From Rhizaria sp. SCN 62-66 (Eukaryota): 34,566 bases of DNA. The stretch is from positions 186,001-220,566 of the forward strand of contig MEDY01000660.1 in assembly GCA_001724265.1 (NCBI GenBank), given 5' to 3'. Made by a program: the position numbers and the translations under genes. Under the pieces are notes generated by a model that searched no databases, was not told the origin of the DNA, and saw only the letters and a program-made list of their open reading frames with translations. Shown here in pieces: positions 1 to 12,000 of this stretch. Position 1 is the stretch's first letter; the number at the start of each line of letters is the position of its first letter.

Positions 1-3000
1 CCGAGGCGGTCAAGCTGGCGTCACTGCGCGACATCCCGCCCGTGGCTGCGCAGGTGATCTGGCTCAAGCAGCTGGGCCGGCAGCTCGACACGCATTTGGC
101 GCGCGTGGAGAGCATCCTGGGCCCGCGCTGGGCTCAACACCCCGAGGGCGTCAAGATCACCAAGCAGACGGAGCACCTCCGCGCGCGCGTCGACACGGCC
201 GCCGTCTTCGACGACTGGGTTAAGGCCGCGCTCGCGGTCCGCGGCTCCGTGTCCGCCGAGGCTGAGAGCGTGTTCTCGCTCGCCGATCCCGCAACGGCCG
301 CGCTGACGGGCGCCGTGGCAAACCCGTCCGCCGTGGTGACCATCGACTTCGACATGCGCCTCGTGCCCCTGGTTAAAGAGGCCCGCCTCCTGGGCAAGCT
401 CGTCGGGCGCGTGCCGTACGACGTCGTCGAGCTGACCCGCGAGGCCAAGGCCAAGCACTCGGCCGCCATGCGCCTCCGCGACGCGCTGGCGATCTACGCG
501 CGCACCGCCGAGGCCGCGCGCAGCAACAACAAGCTCACGCTGCTCGTCGCTCAGGCGCAGCGCTCGGTGCAGACGTTGCTGGTCGACAACGCGCGCGTGC
601 GCTGGGACTCGGGCCGCCTCGAGGCCGTCGTGGCGGCTATTGCGCAGCGCGCGCTCGAGTTCGAGGAGCAGACGCGCGACTTGGCGGTCAAGATCGCGCA
701 GATCGACGCCTTCCTGCTCGCGCTCAAGACGCAGAAGCCGTCGCTGGAGCTGTTCAAAAACACGCTCGCGGGCGCGCAGGCGCTCGTCGACGCCATCGAC
801 AAGGCCCTGCCTGCGGGATATGTGAACATGGTCATGTGGGTCGACTCGCTCAACGAGGCCTTCGAGGCCGCCTTCGCCGCTCGGTACGTTCCTTTTTAGA
901 AAGCAAAAACAAGATATCTCAATGACAGTTCGGTTTCATTGTCTTAATGTGTATTATTATATCAAATGTTACACTTATTTTGATCTTTGTGTTATTTAAT
1001 TTTTGATTCTTTTCTCTCTTTCTCACAAACATCTATCTACATTGCCCGCAATCGTTTTTTTATTCGACTCCACAGCATGCGCGGCGTGCTGCGCATCTGG
1101 GCGCGCGCGCTGCCGAAGCAGTGCGTGGACCCGTCCTCCTACGGCCCGGGCGAGGACGACTCTGACTCGGACTCCGACTCCGACGACGCCCCCGACGCCG
1201 CGAGCGCTGCGGCCACGAACGAGAGCGACAGCAGCGCGCTGACTCTGTTCGGTGAGCGCACGGCCGCGGCGCCCAAGGACGCGCTGAAGAAGGCCGACAT
1301 GGCGTTCCTGGCCCCGCTCAAGCACGCTCTCGAGGTGCGGCAGCAGTCGTTCGTGGTGGAGCCGCCGCTGTCGTACGCCGTGCTCAAGATGCGCAGCGAG
1401 CTTGACCGCTGGCTTTCGCTGTTGGCTGATCTCCCGCACCTGCAGTGCTTTGCGCACACCAGCATGCTCGACCCGCGCGCGCTCGCACAGCGGACCTTCT
1501 CCTCGGTGTTCCCTCACCTGGCGCCCGCAGACCTGGCGCTGTGCACCAGTGCAATTAACGCCATCGCGGCTAAGGCCGAGAGCTACACCCAGCAGTGGCT
1601 CGGCTTCCAGGTGCGTTTTATCGCTAAAACACGGTTCATACTTTATAATCTTGTACCCGCAAGTTGACCCTTAGATATCTTATGTTAGTTGCATTAAATT
1701 GCAACATTGTAGCATGGTTTATTTGAATTTCATTGCACTCACATTTTCCTTGCCGATTGCCTCATTTTGTTCCTTGCACACACACACGCAGGCTCTCTGG
1801 GACCTCGACGTCGCGGCTGTTACCAACGACCTCGGCAGCGACATCCCCCGCTGGGAGCGCCTGCTGATGGACCTCCGCAAGTCCGGTGGCAACATCGAGG
1901 GCCCTGCGCAGGTGCAGTTCGGCCCCGTCGTTGTCCAGGTACGTTCTATGACGTTTAAAAGCGCATTGCTGTTATGATGCTAAACGAACATGTGATATCA
2001 TCTAAGTGGGACGCAACATGTTGTAATTATGTTGCATTCTGTCTTATATCGGGTATCTAACATCTATTGTCTTTATATTCCTCTTTTTGTCCACTCTCGC
2101 GCAGGTTGACACGATCCAGACCAAGATCGCGGGCAAGTTCGAGTCCGTTCGCAAGGACTTCACCGGCCGCCTCGTGGCCATGCTCTCTGGCACGCTGCAG
2201 GCGCTCTACAACGAGGTCTCTGCGGGCCGCAAGCAGCTCGAGGAGATGAACTTTGACCTCAGCACGACTGCCGAGGTGATCCGCTCTATCACGTCGCTCC
2301 AGGTATGTCATCACCGAGTGTAACGAAACCACTGAAATATGCTTAGTCTGTCTGATAAAGCGCATTTCACGCTAAAAACCAATGAATCATGATCAATTAC
2401 ATGTGTTTTCATGTGCAATTATTGTTACTCATATGGAACACCTTTCTTCATCTTTTTGCATAGGAGCTCACTGAGAAGCTGCAGTCGTGGCAGACCCAAG
2501 CCGAGGCTGGTAAGCGCGTCGAGACTCTGATCCAGCGCCAGCGCTTTGTGCTGCCGGCCGACTGGTTCCCCGCAGACCGTGTGCTTAACGAGCTGGCCCA
2601 GTTCGTGCAGGTCCACGCGGCGCGCCTCGCCAAGCTCAGGGAGGACTCACCCAAGATCCAGGTACGGACATATCTATTGGCACTCGCAATATATCAAAAT
2701 ATCGGCAATCTATTTTTTGAGGCCACAAACACAGATGTTTAATTATCAAAGTATACTTTGACAAGATTCTGCATATATCATCTCACATTCTTCATTGCAT
2801 GCTCTGTGTTCACCCTCTACAGGCCAAGGTCGCGGACGAGGAGCTGGCGCTGGACGCGCGCGTCAAGGCTGCGCACGCGGACTGGAAGGCACAACGGCCC
2901 GTGCAGGCGGACCTGGACCACGCCGTGGTTATCCACGTGCTTACGGTCTTCGACGGCCGCCTGTCGCAGCTCGAGGAGTCGGTGGCGATGCTGTTGGCCG

Positions 3001-6000
3001 CCAAGAAGGCGCTCTCGATGCCGCCGTCGTCTACTCTCGACGAGGACATGCGTCTGGTGGCCGCGATCCGCGAGGAGATGTCGGGTCTGCGCGCGATCTG
3101 GGACATCCTCGCCGTGTACTGGCAGGCCATGGACAAGGTCGGCGAGATCAAGGTCAAGGACGCCGTCATCCTCGAGATCCGCCGCGAGATGTCGGCCATC
3201 CTCGACAAGGTCAACGCGCTGCCCGCCGATCTGCGCTCGTACTCGGCATACGAGCGCACGCGCACGGTGGTTAAGGAGCGCATGGGCTCGCACGCGCTCA
3301 TCGCCGACTGCTGCACGCCGTTCTTGCGGCCCAAGCACCAGCGCCAAATCCTCAAGGACATTGGTTTCCCCCAGCTGCAGTGGGCGGACCTCTCGGTTGG
3401 GCACCTCTGGACGCGCGACAAGGACCTGGTGCTGAAGAAGGTGCGCGCCGTGCTGGAGCAGGCGCAGGGTGAGGCCGCGCTGGAGGAGTTCATCAACGAG
3501 CTCTCGGCCAAGTGGGCCGAGACGGCGTTTGAGACGTTCGAGTATCAGCAGGGCAAGTGCCCGCTCATTCGCAACTGGGAGCAGGTCTTCGAGCTGGTGG
3601 CCTCGAACCTCTCGGACCTCTCCGCGATGAAGCAGTCGCCCTTCTTCCCGGCCTTCGAGCGCGACGCGGGCATCTGGGAGACGTTCCTCAACAACACGCA
3701 GGCGCTGCTCGACGTGTTTATCGAGGTTCAGCGCCGCTGGGTGTACCTCGAGGGCATCTTCAACAACTCGACCGACGTGCAGACGCAGCTGCAGGCGCAG
3801 TACCGCAAGTTCAAGACGTTCGACCGCGACTTTATCCAGACGATGCGCGAGGTCAAGGCCGCGCCGCTCGTCAACCGCTGGGCCACGGCCGACAAGGTCC
3901 TCACGGAGCGGCTCGAGCGCGACCTGGAGACGCTCAACATGATCCAGAAGGCGCTGGGCGAGTACCTCGAGACGCAGCGCCAGGCGTTCCCGCGCTTCTA
4001 CTTCGTCGGTGACGAAGACCTGCTCGAGATCGTGGGCAACGCCAAGAACCCTGCCAAGATCATGCGGCACCTGGTCAAGATGTTCGCCGGCATCGCGGGG
4101 CTGACGATGAGCGAGGACGGCACGACTCTCACGGCGATGGTGTCGCGCGAGGGCGAGACCGTGGCGTTCAAGCGCCACATCGAGCTCAAGGACCACACGT
4201 CGGTTCAGTCGCTGCTGTCCCGCGTGGAGCTCGAGATGCGCGCCACGCTGTGCCTGCTGCTCAAGGACGCGCTCGGCCTCACGCTGGGCCGCGGCGCGGA
4301 GCCTAACGCGTACTTCGCGTGGATCGACCAGTACCCGAGTCAGATCGCGCTGCTGGCGACGCAGGTGCAGTGGTCCGAGCTTGTCGACACGACCCTTGAG
4401 AACAAGGCATCGCTGGCACCCGTTCTGACCGAGATTGAGCGCCGCCTGCTCTGGCTCGCGGACCGCATCCTGCTGCCCGACGTGAAGCAGGACGCGCGCC
4501 GCAAGTACGAACAGCTCATCACCGAGCTCGTGTACCAGCGCGACACCGTGCGCCTGCTCATCGACGACAAGGTTGTCTCGCGCACCGACTTCACGTGGCT
4601 CTCGCAGCCGCGGTTCTACTTCTCTAAGACCTTCTCAGCGGTCGGCGGCGTGTCGACCGAGGCCGTGATGACCGCGCTCGAGGTCCGCATGTCGCGCGCC
4701 GTGTTCCACTACGGTTTCGAGTACCTGGGCATCACCGAGAAGCTTGTCCAGACGCCGCTGACCACCAAGGCCTACCTCACGCTCGCTGAGGCTCTGCACA
4801 TGCGCATGGGTGGCAACCCGTTCGGCCCCGCCGGCACAGGCAAGACCGAGACCGTCAAGGCGCTCGGTGGCCTGCTCGGCCGCTTCGTGCTCGTGTTCAA
4901 CTGCGACGAGGCGTTCGACCTCCAGGCCATGGGCCGCATCTTCGTCGGCCTCTGTCAGTGCGGCGCTTGGGGCTGCTTTGACGAGTTCAACCGTCTTCAG
5001 GTACGGAACATAATCTCTTTTATTATATTCACTTTCTTTAAGTGTTGAATGTCCTCATTTTGATTCCTTTTTATGTGATCAGATCTTAATTTTCCCACAA
5101 CAACTCACCAATCTCTTTCTCTTCTTGCTTTGTTCGACAACTATAGGAGCGCATCCTGTCCGCGGTGTCGCAGCAGATCCTCACGATCCAGACCGGCCTG
5201 CAGGAGCAGTCTGCCGAGATTGCCCTCCTGGGCTCGCAGGTCAAGCTGCACCCCCAGGTCGGTCTGTTCGTGACGATGAACCCCGGCTACGCGGGCCGCT
5301 CGAACCTGCCCGACAACCTCAAGCAGCTCTTCCGCTCGCTGGCCATGATCCAGCCCAACACGGTCCTCATCTCGCAGGTCATGCTCTACGCGCAGGGCTT
5401 CCGCACCGCCGAGGCGCTGTCCTCCAAGATCGTGCTACTGTTCAAGCTCTGCAACGACCAGCTGTCCTCGCAGTCGCACTACGACTTCGGCCTCCGCGCG
5501 CTCAAGTCCGTGCTGCGCTCCGCCGGCGCCCTCAAGCGCGCGGCACTCGCGCTCACGGCGGCCCCCGCATCGGGCGACACTGACGAGGCCAAGACCGACT
5601 CGACGGCCGTCAGCACGGCGACCGTGGGCGCGGACCAGGAGGAGGACGAGCTCAAGCTGCTCGTGCGCGCGCTCTGCACCTCTCTCGTCCCCAAGCTGGT
5701 GCAGCCCGACGTGGTGCTTTTCTCGACGCTGCTGACCGCCGTGTTCCCCACCGCGCGCGTGGCGCCGCCCTCGGCCGACGCGCTGCGCCGCGCCGTGGTG
5801 AACACCGCGACCTCGCTCGACTACCGGCTCCGGCCCGAGTCGGCGTGGGTGGACAAGCTGCTACAGCTGCGCCAGGTGCTGACGATGTCGCACGGCGTCA
5901 TCCTCGTCGGCCCGCCCGGCTCCGGCAAGAGCAAGGGTTGGAACGTGCTGCGCGAGGCGATGCAGGTCGTCGAGGGGGAGAAGATTTCCGCCCACGTCGT

Positions 6001-9000
6001 CGACCCCAAGGCCATCTCCAAGGAGGCCCTCTTCGGCAAGCTCGACAACACCACGATGGAGTGGACCGACGGTGTGTTCACGCACTTACTCCGCAAGATC
6101 TTGGACAACCAGCACGGCGAGATGTCGCGTCAGCACTGGCTTGTTTTCGACGGCGACGTCGACCCCGAGTGGGCCGAAAACCTCAACTCCGTACTCGACG
6201 ACAACAAGCTTCTCACACTGCCCAACGGCGAGCGTCTCGCGTTGACCGACAACATCCGGCTGCTGTTCGAGTGCCAGGACCTCAAGCACGCGACCCCGGC
6301 CACGGTGTCCCGCTGCGGCATGGTGTGGTTCTCGGAGCAGGTCGTGCCTCCGCTGTCGCTGGCGTGGTCTTCACTCGCCGACTTGGCCGTCGGCCCCATC
6401 CCCGGCGTGCCGCCCGCCGTCGCCGCGCGCTGGCGGCCCCTGCGCGAGCGCGCCGTCAAGAGCGCCGCCCCGCACCTCGTCAACGGCTATGGCATGGCTG
6501 ACCTGGCCGCGCTGATCGAGGCCCACAACAGCCGCGGCCTCGCGCCCAGCGCTAACCCCAACGCCAGCTCCAACTCGAACGCCGCGGGCGCGAGCGCGAC
6601 TGCTGCTGCGGCCGCTGTGAACAGCGACCTGAACCAGGACGCACCCGCCGAGGGCTCGTCGTTTGTGCTGCGCGCGCTGGACTGGGCGCTGCAGCAGCAC
6701 CCGATCATGGACCTCTCGAAGCAGGGCTTCCTGCGCGCGTTCCTGTCGCTGCTGCAGGGCGCCTTGGCGAAGCTTATCGACCACTCCGAGGCCAACTCGA
6801 CGTTCCCGCTCACCGACGGGCAGATCGACGAGTACATCATGCGCGCCGTCGTCTTCGCCGCTATTTGGGGCTTCGGCGGCGCCATGTCGCTTGCAGACCG
6901 CAACGTCTACGTGGCAGAGCTGCCCCAGTTTGCCACGGGTATGTCCGCGTCGCTCCCTTTCCCGTCGGCGCCGGGCGCGTCGCTGATCGACGCCGACAAC
7001 GTGCTCGCGCCCAACGGCTCCAGCTCCTGGGGCTCGTACCAGGACCGCGTGATCCCGCCCGAGCTCGACCCGCAGACGCTGCTCAACGCGTCCCACGTCA
7101 TCGACACGGCCGACACGTACAAGCACACGGATGTCATCTCGAGCTGGATCGCCGCGCGCCAGTCCGTCCTCCTCTGCGGTCCCCCCGGTACGTTTCAGAA
7201 CAAGAGCTATTCAGACATTTTTAATTCTTTATATTCTTTTTTAAATCGATTTCTCTCTCTATTTGTGTTGAAATATTCATTTTCATGAAACTGCCCACTA
7301 AATAATTTTTTAAATACTTTTCCTTGTTTCTTTAACTGCAAACTTCTAGGTTCCGGTAAGTCGATGACCCTGTCTGCCGTGATGCGCGCCCAGTCCAACG
7401 TGGAGCTGGTGACGCTCAACTTTTCCTCGACCACGACTCCGCAGCTGCTGCTGCGCACGCTGGCGCTGAGCACCACCACAGAGCGCACCCCACAGGGCCT
7501 GGTGATGAAGCCCTCGGTGCGCGGCCAGTGGCTTGTCATCTTCTGCGACGAGATCAACCTGCCCGCGGCCGACAAGTACGACACGCAGGCCGTGGTGACG
7601 CTGATGCGCCAGATGATCGAGCACGGTGGGTACTGGGACCCGGCTGAGCTCTGCTTCGTTAAGCTCGAGAACATCCAGATCATCGGCGCCTGCAATCCGC
7701 CCACGGACGCGGGCCGCGTCGCGCTGTCGCCGCGCTTCCTGCGCCACTGCCCGCTGCTCTTCGTCGACTTCCCGTCGCCGCAATCGCTCGAGGTTATTTA
7801 CGGCGCCTTCGCCAAGGCGCTGCTGAAGCTCGCGTCGCCCGCGGTGCGCCAGATGCACGGCCCGCTGACCTCGGCCATGGTTGACGTCTACCTGCGCGCG
7901 CAGAAGACGTACACGCCCGATCAGCAGGCGCACTATGTGTACTCGCCGCGTGAGCTCTCGCGCTGGGTGCGCGCGCTGTACGAGGCCTTCTCGGGCTTCC
8001 ACAAGCAGGGCGTATCAGGCGGCGTCGAGGACGCCGACTCGCTAGTGCGGCTGTGGGCCCACGAGGCGCTGCGCCTGTTCCAGGACAGGCTCGTGACCGA
8101 GGAGGAGCGCGAGAAGATGGACGACATCATCAACCAGGTACGACTATGTTTCCGTATAAGACATTTAAAAAAAATAACGTGTGTTTTCTTTCTTTAGTTT
8201 GCGTTTGCATGGCCATTTCCTCACTCTGTTTCATCTCAATCAATGCTTTTGTTCCGTTTTTGCTCTCTTTCAGGTGGCGTACCAGCACTTCCCGACGATC
8301 TCCTCGGCGGCGCTCAAGCGGCCGATCCTCTACTCCGACTGGTTGGCGAGCACATACGCACCCGTCGGCCAGGACGAGCTGCGCGAGTACGTCAAGCACC
8401 GCCTGAAGGTCTTCTACGAGGAGGAGCTGGACGTCAAGCTGGTGCTGTTCGACGAGGTGTTGGAGCACATCCTGCGTATCGACCGTATCCTCAAGCAGCC
8501 GCTCGGCCACGCGCTACTCGTCGGTACCTCAGGCTCCGGCAAGACCATTCTGTCGCGCTTTGTCGCCTGGATGAACAACATGCAGGCGTGCCAGATCAAG
8601 GTGCACAAGAACTACACGTCGACCGACTTCGACAAGGACCTCCGCGCCATGCTGCTGCGCGCCGGCTGCAAGAACACCAAGATCTGCTTCATTTTCGACG
8701 AGTCCAACGCCGTGTCGACCGCGTTCCTGGAGCGCATGAACTGTCTGCTCGCGTCCGGCGAGGTCCCTGGTCTGTTCGAGGGGCCTGACTACCAGGCCCT
8801 CATGCAGGAGTGCCGCGAGGCCGCGCGCAGGGACAACTGGTCCGCCGAATCACAGGTACGCTCTCAAACAACTCTTTGCTAACAAAGCGTTGTTTTTCAC
8901 TTTATGGATGATAGATTCTGCATGTTTCTATGATGTGTGCTCAGGTTTGATTACTGTTTCAATGTTTGTTTTACCACAACATGCTTATTTTCACGACACT

Positions 9001-12000
9001 GTCTTTCTTTTGCTTTTATTAATAGGCGAACGAGGGTGAGCTGTACAAGACCTTCATCGGCTTCGTGCAGCGCAACCTGCACGTCGTCTTCACGATGAAC
9101 CCCGCCAACGACGACTTCGACAACCGCGCCGCGACGTCCCCCGCGCTCTTCAACCGCTGCGTCATCGACTGGATGGGCGAGTGGTCCTCTTCCGCGCTCT
9201 ACCAGGTACGTGTTCTGCAAATTTGAACAGCATATATCGCATTATTTGTTTGAAAAATTAAGGAAGCACATCTAAACACCACTTTACTATGTTAACACCT
9301 TTATCTCACATGTCGACTCCATTTTCATCCTGTTTTTTTTCTCTTTGCACCCCGCGCAGGTCGGCGCCGAGTTCACCCAGAACCTCGACTTCGCCGGCTG
9401 CGCCGCCTACGCCAACGCGGCGCACGCGGCCCTCACCGGCACCGCGAGCAGCACCGAGTACAACGAGGCTGACTTGCGCGAGGCGGTGGTGCAAAACCTC
9501 GTCCACGTCCACGAGAGCGTCCACAAGGCCTGCAAGCGCCTCGCCAAGGAGCAACAGGTACGCAGATCTCGCGATATGTCAAATCGAACGAAGAACAACT
9601 TAAGCTTAAGAAACCCAATTTTTGCTCATTTTTGTGTTTAAACGTAATGTCTCACCTTTTTCTTTTCATTTGCAACTTTTCAATTTGAATTTCGCTTCAT
9701 TTTTGCGCAGGGCCGCACGACGTACGTGACGCCGCGTCACTACCTGGACCTGATCTCCCAGTACCGGCGCATGTTCAAGTCGAAGCAGGAGCAGCTGCGC
9801 GAGCAGCAGCGCCACCTCACCACGGGCCTGCGCAAGCTGACGGAGACGCAGGAGCAGGTGCAGGAGATGCAGGGGATGCTGCGGCTCAAGGACGTGGAGC
9901 TACAGGAGAAGGAGAAGAAGGCCAACGAGCAGCTGGAGCAGATGATGGCGGGCCGCAAGGAGGCCGAGGCGAAGCAGAAGGACGCCGAGGCGCTCGAGGC
10001 CAAGATTCGCGACAAGGCCGTCGCCATCAACGCGCGCAAGGCCGAGGTGCAGTCCTCGCTCGACAAGGCCATGCCCGCGGTCCTCGAAGCCAAGTCCTCC
10101 GTCTCCGGCATCAACAAGACGGACCTGGACCAGGTGACGCGCTTCGCGAACCCGCCGGCGATGGTCAAGATGACGATGGAGGCCGTGTGCGCGATCATGG
10201 GCGAGAAGAGCAAGGAGTGGAACGACCTCAAGGCCTTCATGCGCAAGGGCGACTTTATCAAGGCCGTGACGTCCTATGACATCGACGCGCTGCCGCTTAA
10301 GGTGCGCCAGATGATCGACAAGGAGTACTTGCCGAAGCCCGAGTTCACGTTCGAGCGCGTCAACCAGGCCTCGAAGGCGTGCGGCCCGCTTGTGCAATGG
10401 GTGCGCTCACTCATCACGTACGCGGGCATCAAGGACTCGATCGGCCCGCTCACGGCCGAGCTGGCCGCGCTCGAGGCGCAGCAGGCGGAGCTCCAGACCG
10501 AGCTCGCCAACCTCCGCGCGCTGCAGGAGCAGCTCAATGTTCGACTGGAGGAGTACCGCGCCGAGTACGCGGCGCTGATCGGCGAGGCGCAGGCCATTAA
10601 GACGGCGATGGAGGACACCAAGAAGAAGGTGACGCGCTCCGTGGCGCTGCTCGGCAACCTCGGCTCGGAGCGCGAGCGCTGGGAGACGGACCAGAAGGGC
10701 TACAACGGACAGCTCGCTACCGTGCTCGGCGACTGCATCCTCGCGGCAGGCTTCCTCGCCTACATTGGATACTTCAACCAGACGTACCGCAGCCTGCTCA
10801 CGAGCTCCTGGCGCGAGTGTTTGGCGCGCCACCGCGTGCCGACCAGCTCCGAGACGGGCGCGGGCAAGGCCGGCAAGGACGGCAAGCCCGCGCAGGGCGG
10901 GTTCAACATCGTCGACTACATGTCGACGGCTAAGGAGCGCCTGCAGTGGGGCGCCAACGCGCTGCCGACGGACGACCTCTCGATGGAGAACGGCGTCATC
11001 CTCGGCAACTTCCACCGCTACCCGCTCGTGATCGACCCCAGCGGCCAGGCCACGGCGTTCCTCATGAAGCAGTACGCGGAGCGCAAGATCTTGCGCACGT
11101 CGTTCCTCGACAACAACTTCCTTAAGAACCTCGAGTCGGCGCTCCGCTTCGGCAACGCGCTGCTGTGTGAGGACGTCGAGAACATTGACCCCGTGCTCAA
11201 CCCCGTCCTCAACCAGGTACGCTTTGCTCACAATTATTCAATGCATATACCTCATTACTTTTATTTCTGATCGTCAAATTTATACTTTTAAATGCTATCA
11301 TCATCACTCATATCTTATAACACGTTCTTTTTCTTCGTTTCGCTTCACATCAAACGCGTAGGAAATCACGCGCACGGGCGGCCGCGTCATGGTCACCGTC
11401 GGCGACAAGGCCATCGACCTGTCCCCGTCCTTCGTCATCTTCCTGGCGACGCGCAACCCGCTGGCGCACTTCACGCCCGACCTGTGCTCGCGTGTCACGC
11501 TGGTGAACTTCTCCGTCACGCCCGCCTCGCTGGCGGCGCAGTGCCTCACGCGCGCGCTCCAGGCCGAGCGGCCCGAGGTGGACCGCAAGCGCACCGAGCT
11601 CATGCGGCTGCAGTCGGAGTTCCGCGTGCGGCTGCGCTCGCTCGAGGACGGGCTGTTGGACGCGCTCACCGCGGTCGAAGGCAACATCCTTGACGACGAG
11701 AAGGTCATCACCTCGCTCGAGACTCTCAAGAAGGAGTCCGGCGAGACGCAGCAGAAGCTGCAGGACAGCGAAAAGGTTATGGGTGAGCTCGCCGAGGCCT
11801 CGGAGGTGTTCCGCCCCTTCGCCAACGCGTGCTCGTCCATCTATTTCACGCTCGAGCGCCTCGGCAACTCGCACTTCCTCTACCAGTTCTCGCTGTCCTT
11901 CTTCTTCGCCATCGTTGGGCGCGTGCTCGAGTGCCCCTCGTTCCCCGCCAAGGCCACCGCCAACGGCAGCCCCGCGAGCAGCAGCAGCGCGCTGACCGCG

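Noticed and set aside
2817-4196. Long antisense ORF (459 aa) and many other overlapping ORFs across the dynein exons
   Set aside because: Expected shadow of extreme GC3 codon bias (few antisense stops). They track the dynein exons and have no recognisable motifs.
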